13,171 bases of DNA, taken from positions 1 through 13,171 of the forward strand of contig CAZECW010000144.1 in assembly GCA_964510585.1 (NCBI GenBank), written 5' to 3'. This document shows, piece after piece, positions 8,238-13,171 of the stretch. Origin of the DNA: an uncultured archaeon (lineage in GTDB: Archaea; Asgardarchaeota; Jordiarchaeia; Jordiarchaeales; Jordiarchaeaceae). A model generated the notes under the pieces. That model had not been told where the DNA came from, did no database searches, and saw nothing but the letters and a program-made list of their open reading frames with translations. The translations under genes were made by a program, and so were the position numbers. Positions within the stretch are counted from its first letter, which is position 1; every line of letters begins with the position of its first letter.

Positions 8238-9464
8238 TTAAATCAGCTCCATTATAAGTATGGAGACCAGTAGGGCTAGGGAGGTTATAGTGTCTGCAAG
8301 CGAGGTTTCAACTGGAATAACAAAATTGTCTGGGTCTAATCCCCTCTTAAAGGTTAAGATGGCAATGAAAAGGGTCAGCAAAAGTATTATGGAAACCGCA
8401 ATTAGATTGGTGAGCAACAGTAACGCTGTGAGCCTCAAAAACTTCTGTAGGGTAAAGATGTTGTTTATAACTAGGGAGCATAAGGCGTATATAAGAAACA
8501 TTATTATTGAGGCGATCCATGTTGAAAAAATTCTCCCGGCATGTTTTCTCATGCTGGAGAGGGATGGTTCAAGAAGGCCAAGCATAAGCTTTGTGGTGGC
8601 AGTGGAGCCGATAATCGAGCCAACATCGCCCACAGTGTCAATTAAAGCCGGGTACACCGTGTAAATTTCCAATCTGCTGCCCACGGTTTCGCTGATTCCC
8701 CTCAAAATCGTCCCAGTAAAGTTCACAATAAATGCCACCAGCACTAGTGTGAGCAGAGACTCCTTTATTGTTTTTAGAAACTCCCGCTCACGGAAACTTT
8801 TTGGCAAAACAGCTAACGACAATACTAGCAGCAACATTCCAAATAGGATAGTCGCGTACCTGCCTCCGGGCCCGGACAGGAAAAACAGGTTAAGCGTAAA
8901 GGAATAACACAGGGTGATGAAAATGTCCGCCACCGTAGACATTACAGGATAGGTAATAATGTCGGGATCTAAACCCTTTTTAAAAGAGATAAATGAGACC
9001 TGGACAGTTATCAAAGACAAAGCCAAACCCAAAAACATGGTGGAACACACGACGGTAAGAATATCCCAAAAATCCCCAAAAGTTAAACCCCAAAAAAAGA
9101 CTCCCACAAAAACAGAAACTAAACTTATCACAAAACTCGATATTAATGTCAAAACTATTGCTGCTTTGAAAAGCAAGTAGAAATCCTTGGTGTTTCCCAA
9201 AAGCCTTGGATAAGCAGTACCCATATGCAGAGCGGTTCCTAAACGTCCACTAAGCAAACCACTAATCATACCCCTCACAGTTAAAATCCCCGGATAAATG
9301 GCCAGAGCCCAAGTGGAAAGCTGAAACACGTCAAGCTGGTAAGCCACAGTGAAGCCCGCAACAATCCCGCCAAGATTAAAAAGGAGAGCTAACAGAGCCT
9401 CCCCGAAGTATCCCGGCAAAAGAATATTTCTCCAAGAAATGAGTGTAGCCTTGACAGACTTCAT
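8238..9464 (-). CDS. mgtE: MgtE/SLC41-type divalent cation transporter, two tandem MgtE membrane domains, no CBS domains
   Basis: Two copies of the signature: KKGLDPDIITYPVMSTVAD and KRGLDPDNFVIPVETSLAD; many hydrophobic helices. Start moved to the ATG at 9464, which follows GGTGGGCGG. Confidence 0.88.
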   Translation of the reverse strand: MKSVKATLISWRNILLPGYFGEALLALLFNLGGIVAGFTVAYQLDVFQLSTWALAIYPGILTVRGMISGLLSGRLGTALHMGTAYPRLLGNTKDFYLLFKAAIVLTLISSFVISLVSVFVGVFFWGLTFGDFWDILTVVCSTMFLGLALSLITVQVSFISFKKGLDPDIITYPVMSTVADIFITLCYSFTLNLFFLSGPGGRYATILFGMLLLVLSLAVLPKSFREREFLKTIKESLLTLVLVAFIVNFTGTILRGISETVGSRLEIYTVYPALIDTVGDVGSIIGSTATTKLMLGLLEPSLSSMRKHAGRIFSTWIASIIMFLIYALCSLVINNIFTLQKFLRLTALLLLTNLIAVSIILLLTLFIAILTFKRGLDPDNFVIPVETSLADTITSLALLVSILIMELI

Positions 9465-9502
9465 ACCGCCCACCTTCCAATAACAGTGGAGCCACACCAG
9501 AA

Positions 9503-9723
9503 TTATTCAAGCACGCTACAAATTACAATGCTCGAAACTCTGGAGTCCACACAGCCCACAAGGGGAGGCAACATTAGAAATTTTACATGTTCATTGCGCC
9601 ACCTTCACTCTGTGTAGTTGCTCTTAAAGCATTACAAACCCATTACCACCAAAGGAGAATAGCAAACAAAGTACACCAACACACTCACAATCCTTGAGCA
9701 ATCACCTGCCTGAAAGCTTCCAT
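9503..9723 (-). pseudogene. Possible decayed remnant of a second MgtE-like gene
   Basis: Fragments in shifting frames: MEAFRQVIAQGL*, VLCLLFSFGGNGF (compare LLALLFNLGGIVAGF in the downstream MgtE), and FLMLPPLVG. Similarity judged by eye only. Confidence 0.25.
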
Positions 9724-10337
9724 ACCCTTACTTAGGAATATCTTCGAAAAGTTGACGCAAAACCAAAATATAAGGTTAACCCCGTTTCGACACTGCCCCC
9801 TCTAAGCATTACCTATTGCCGGGTGGCGCTGTTTCACGTCTTCTCCCTGCCCTTTGCACCTTAAATTTGTATTTCCCCCATAAAATTCGATTTCAAAACT
9901 TTCTAAACAAATGAGTATCTATCCTACCACCAATAAGTGACACTGAATTAACAACGCTACCTATTCTGGCAATACTGAGGACGGTATACTTCTAAACTTT
10001 TGGTGCTAATGATTTTTTACTTTTAGGGCACTAAGAGGGGTACCAGTTCTCAAATTAATAATTCCACGCTTCTCTGGAGCTTTTTGAAAAAACACCAAAC
10101 AGTAAATACCAAAATTCCTTTTGCACTACGTCATCATCTTTACATTAATCTAATAGATGGTTGGCTGATTTTCTTAATGACAATTTTTATATGTACTTTT
10201 TCATTTTGTATAGCGTAATACAGTTCGTTTATTAATCAATTTTTAAATAATTCTTGCACTAATGGTTTATTTTGTGGAGGGCATAGTTATTGGCTTTATC
10301 TAGTTGTTTGTGCTCATGACGCTTTTGGGGTGATGTT

Positions 10338-11732
10338 TTGGTTGAAGAGTTTGATGTTATAGTGGTTGGTTCTGGTTCGGGAATGATTGTGGCTTCGAAT
10401 GCTGTTGAGAGCGGTTTGAGAGTGGCTTTGGTTGAGAAGGGACCTCCCTTAGGTGGAACCTGCCTCAATTGGGGTTGCATTCCTTCAAAGATGCTCATCT
10501 ACCCTGCTGATGTTGTAACAATGATTAGGGAAGCGGAAAAAATTGGCATCAAGGCCAAAATAGAGAAAATCGATTTTCAAAAGATTATGCACCGAATGCG
10601 TCATCTCATCAGCGAGGAGAATCAAGGAATGGCTTTAGGTGTGGAGCGGGATCCAAATATTAAGTGGTTTAAAAACATAGGTGAATTCGTCTCTGATTAT
10701 ACTATAAAGGTGGGAGACCAAAAGATTAGGGGCGAAAAAATCTTCATAGTTTCTGGTGCTAGACCTTTTATTCCTCCAATTAAGGGGATTGATGGTGTAA
10801 ACTATTTAACCAATGAGACCGTGCTAGAATTAGAGGAGCTACCTCAAAGCATTATCATCATTGGTGGAGGGTACGTGGGCTGTGAGTATGGCCACTTCTT
10901 TGCGGGAATGGGTAGTGAGGTTACAATAGTGGAGTTGGGTCCCAGACTTGTGCCAGGAGAGGAGCCTGAAATATCAGAGCTACTCCAAAAGGAGATGGGA
11001 AAAAGAATGAAAATACTCACGAACCACCAGGTGGTTGAAGTTATGGAGAAAAATAAGATAAAGAAGGTGGTGGCCAAAGAAACTACTAGTGGGAAGGTTA
11101 AAGAGCTGTCGGCTGAGGCCTTAATGGTCGCTGTGGGTCGCAAACCCAACTCTGACCTACTTAAGCCTGAGAAAACTGGTGTAGAGGTAGATAGTAAGGG
11201 ATTCATAAAGGTGAACGATTATCTGGAAACCACCAAGAAGAACATTTGGGCTTTTGGAGACGCCATCAATAAACAGATGTTTAGACACGCAGCCAATTAC
11301 GAGGCACAGGTGGCATGGCACAACGCCTTCAGCGACCACAAGGTGCCAATAAACCTCTCTGCAACACCCCACGCGGTTTTCACACATCCCCAAATAGCAT
11401 CGGTTGGCTTAACCGAGGAACAGGCAAAAAAGGAAGGCCGAAAAATTTTGGTAGGTTACTACCACTTTAAGGACACCGCCAAAGGCTCCGCAATGGGAAA
11501 CCCGGAGGGATTCGTGAAGGTCATAGTAGAACAAAATACGGGGAAAATTCTGGGCGGACACATAATTGGCCCCTTCGCACCTGAACTAATACAGGAGATT
11601 GTAAACGCTATGGCCTATGGAAATGGTTCCTACGCCCCCATCATTAGGGCTATGCACATTCACCCCGCAGCCACAGAAACAGTTAAGTGGGCCTTTGGAA
11701 ACCTGAGACCAGTAGGCGGTGATTCCATTTAG
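10338..11732 (+). CDS. Class I pyridine nucleotide-disulfide oxidoreductase (dihydrolipoamide dehydrogenase / mycothione reductase-like)
   Basis: GSGSG FAD loop, GGTCLNWGCIPSK redox-active disulfide, GGGYVGCE nucleotide loop followed by VELG (acidic residue, NAD-type), WAFGD, C-terminal HIHPAATE. TTG start with GGGGTGA RBS. Confidence 0.92.
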   Translation: MVEEFDVIVVGSGSGMIVASNAVESGLRVALVEKGPPLGGTCLNWGCIPSKMLIYPADVVTMIREAEKIGIKAKIEKIDFQKIMHRMRHLISEENQGMALGVERDPNIKWFKNIGEFVSDYTIKVGDQKIRGEKIFIVSGARPFIPPIKGIDGVNYLTNETVLELEELPQSIIIIGGGYVGCEYGHFFAGMGSEVTIVELGPRLVPGEEPEISELLQKEMGKRMKILTNHQVVEVMEKNKIKKVVAKETTSGKVKELSAEALMVAVGRKPNSDLLKPEKTGVEVDSKGFIKVNDYLETTKKNIWAFGDAINKQMFRHAANYEAQVAWHNAFSDHKVPINLSATPHAVFTHPQIASVGLTEEQAKKEGRKILVGYYHFKDTAKGSAMGNPEGFVKVIVEQNTGKILGGHIIGPFAPELIQEIVNAMAYGNGSYAPIIRAMHIHPAATETVKWAFGNLRPVGGDSI

Positions 11733-11740
11733 GAAGTGAT

Positions 11741-12031
11741 GTGGAAATGGACGTGGTAAAAGTTCCAGGTAGCAATAGGAAGCATAAGGTTCGCATGTAC
11801 GCTTTGAGCACCTGTATCTGGTGTAAGCGGACAAAACAGTTTCTGAAGGATAACAACATAGAATACGAATACGTGGATGTGGACCTGGCCAATAGAGAGG
11901 ACTATGAACAAATCAGGCAGGAGATTTTGGACAGGGGAGGAAACCTCTCCTTCCCAGTTATAATAATAGATGATGAAAAGTTAATTAATGGTTTTCGTGA
12001 AAGCGATTTGAGGGAGGCTTTGGAAATTTGA
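11741..12031 (+). CDS. Glutaredoxin/NrdH-like protein, methanoredoxin-like (CIWC)
   Basis: YALSTCIWCKRTKQFL, SFPVIII, INGF; starts 8 nt after the upstream stop; true start may be the ATG at 11747. Confidence 0.9.
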   Translation: MEMDVVKVPGSNRKHKVRMYALSTCIWCKRTKQFLKDNNIEYEYVDVDLANREDYEQIRQEILDRGGNLSFPVIIIDDEKLINGFRESDLREALEI

Positions 12032-12576
12032 CCACTCTGGAAGAAGTCCGAAAAAGAGCGGAGAGCGACGCAAAAACTTACGGCTACTACCTAAACCCAG
12101 ACCCAGAATTTCTCAAAGGACTCATAGAGGGACTTAAGAAGAACTGGGACCGCTATGGTTACCCCTCCTGCCCCTGCAGGTTGGCTTCAGGAAATCTTGA
12201 AATCGACCGCGACATAATTTGTCCCTGTGACTACCGAGACCCTGACGTGGCAGAGTATGGACAGTGTTACTGCTCCCTATACGTCAGTAAAGAGGTGTAC
12301 GAGGGTAAGGCTCCTCTAAGGTCAATTCCAGAACGCAGACCCAAAGAAAAGCAAATCAGATCCTTCGAAGCCGCAAGAACCCTCAAAAAGGAAAAAGTTG
12401 AAGAGGAGACAAAATTGGAAGCCGAAAAACCCATCACAATTAAGAAGAAGTTATGGTACTGTAAGCAGTGTGGCTACGTAGTCTACAGGGAGGATCCACC
12501 ATACATTTGTCCCATATGTAAAGCGAAGAGGGAAATGTTCTCGGAAATAAGCATAACCATCTCCGAGAAGGGATAA
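12028..12576 (+). CDS. Ferredoxin:thioredoxin reductase catalytic-chain-like protein with C-terminal rubredoxin-like domain (ferredoxin:disulfide reductase, FDR-type)
   Basis: YGYPSCPCR, ICPCDY, QCYCSLYV (CPC/CPC/CYC), then WYCKQCGY...CPICKA. The TTG start overlaps the glutaredoxin TGA (TTGA). Confidence 0.92.
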   Translation: MTTLEEVRKRAESDAKTYGYYLNPDPEFLKGLIEGLKKNWDRYGYPSCPCRLASGNLEIDRDIICPCDYRDPDVAEYGQCYCSLYVSKEVYEGKAPLRSIPERRPKEKQIRSFEAARTLKKEKVEEETKLEAEKPITIKKKLWYCKQCGYVVYREDPPYICPICKAKREMFSEISITISEKG

Positions 12577-12652
12577 AAATAGGGAACAAGAGGATAATTT
12601 TCCAAAAAATAGATCTTTAATTGAGAACTTTAAATATTAAGTTGTTCCCCCT

Positions 12653-12940
12653 TTATTTTTTTGCCTTCTGTCGTTCTTCTGTGCCTCGTGTGCAAAAGTA
12701 GACCTTGTTGAATTTCATTTCTTTCCATACTTGGCAATCTGGACACTGGCAGCCTACTTCCTCAGTTATTTTTTTACTTTTCCCTCTGAGAGGGTGGCAG
12801 TATGCTATGTAGGTGTCTGGTTCCCCGAGACTAGCGTAAGTTGGACAGTCTCTGCAGATGCACATTTTTTCAAATTGCTTCAACTTCTCTTCCGGAGCCT
12901 TCCCAGATTTTTCCCCGCGTGATTTAGACGTAGGATTCAT
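12653..12940 (-). CDS. DUF2769-like cysteine-rich small protein
   Basis: Eight Cys in the pattern CICRDCPTY...YC...GCQCPDC...YFC; AGGAGG RBS and TTTATAAG TATA box upstream. Confidence 0.78.
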   Translation of the reverse strand: MNPTSKSRGEKSGKAPEEKLKQFEKMCICRDCPTYASLGEPDTYIAYCHPLRGKSKKITEEVGCQCPDCQVWKEMKFNKVYFCTRGTEERQKAKK

Positions 12941-12986
12941 CTCATTTTAACCCTCCTAAAATGTTAGGTATTAGAATAAATTTTAA

Positions 12987-13001
12987 CTTATAAACCTTTA
13001 C
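12987..13001 (-). promoter_or_regulatory. BRE-TATA promoter of the DUF2769 gene
   Basis: Minus strand reads GTAAAGG TTTATAAG, about 47 nt upstream of the ATG at 12940, with AGGAGG in between. Confidence 0.65.
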
Positions 13002-13051
13002 AAAACCTTGGCGAGAAAGCCCCCGACTTTAGTCGTGGGGATGAATCGCCA
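13002..13051 (+). mobile_element. Left end of an IS200/IS605-family element (HUH-transposase hairpin); the element continues beyond the window
   Basis: TTAC (12998-13001), then AAAACCTTGGCGAG, AAAG (13016-13019), then hairpin CCCC-CGAC-ttta-GTCG-(T bulge)-GGGG (13020-13040), with outer pairing TGGCGA/TCGCCA. This parallels the H. pylori IS608 left end as I recall it (TTAC target, AAAG guide, T-bulged hairpin). Confidence 0.82.
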
Positions 13052-13064
13052 GAAAGTTTATTTG
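13051..13064 (+). promoter_or_regulatory. Candidate BRE-TATA promoter inside the IS left end
   Basis: Purine-rich AGAAAG followed by TTTATTTG; standard archaeal spacing predicts a start near 13084-13087. Confidence 0.5.
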
Positions 13065-13085
13065 AAAGTATGGTACATAAATAGT

Positions 13086-13171
13086 TGTTGGTAGCTGAAG
13101 GGTTTGGCTTGGGCTTAAGAGGCTAAACAAGACGCAGCCCCCATGAGGGTGCCAACATAGACGCCGTTCCC
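13086..13171 (+). ncRNA. Candidate structured non-coding RNA at the IS200/IS605 left end (probably extends past the window)
   Basis: Hand folding: 13086-93/13150-57 (8 bp), 13094-97/13135-38 (4 bp), 13102-10/13120-28 (9 bp, two G-U), 13140-42/13147-49 with ATGA loop. All three + frames hit stops. Confidence 0.55.

Noticed and set aside
8260-9180. Plus-strand ORFs 8260-8664 and 8959-9180
   Set aside because: Shadows of the MgtE gene.
10259-12922. Overlapping ORFs across the redox operon and DUF2769
   Set aside because: Shadows without RBS or recognisable motifs.
13094-13135. Kink-turn or box C/D motif in the candidate RNA (CTGA at 13095-13098)
   Set aside because: Tandem G-A pairs can be drawn, but bulge and C-stem geometry do not fit a canonical K-turn and there is no RUGAUGA box C.
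13029-13171. Minus-strand open frame (ERRLCWHPHGG...AIHPHD*) as the 3' end of tnpA
   Set aside because: It lacks TnpA C-terminal features (catalytic Tyr helix, YIxxQ); AIHPH / RFIPT..GGFLA is just the left-end hairpin read backwards.
1-13171. CRISPR array, tRNA, rRNA, or Sec/Pyl read-through
   Set aside because: No regularly spaced direct repeats, cloverleaf or rRNA-like sequence, and no in-frame TGA/TAG at conserved catalytic positions of an otherwise intact gene.

Overview
Archaeal chromosomal window, judged from BRE/TATA-type promoters, GGAGG/GGTGA ribosome-binding sites and archaeal protein families; the lineage cannot be fixed from sequence alone. Left to right: (1) a secreted Ig-like-repeat surface protein on the minus strand, absent from the ORF track and cut by the left edge; (2) a 542-aa fusion of a ThiN thiamine-phosphate synthase domain with a PurM/HypE/ThiL-fold ATP-binding domain; (3) a QueG-like Fe-S protein; (4) a peptide deformylase with atypical motifs; (5) a frameshifted enoyl-CoA hydratase/isomerase; (6) an apparently orphan N6-adenine DNA methyltransferase; (7) a frameshifted DHH/DHHA1 phosphoesterase; (8) an internally duplicated MgtE/SLC41-type transporter; (9) a three-gene redox operon of a dihydrolipoamide-dehydrogenase-like flavoprotein, a methanoredoxin-like CIWC glutaredoxin, and an FTR-like ferredoxin:disulfide reductase with a rubredoxin tail; (10) a DUF2769 Cys-rich protein; (11) at the right edge, an IS200/IS605 left end with IS608-like architecture, followed by an archaeal promoter and a strongly base-paired non-coding segment. 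The best leads are the IS-end structured RNA, the ThiN-PurM-like fusion and the redox operon. No rRNA, tRNA or CRISPR array was seen.
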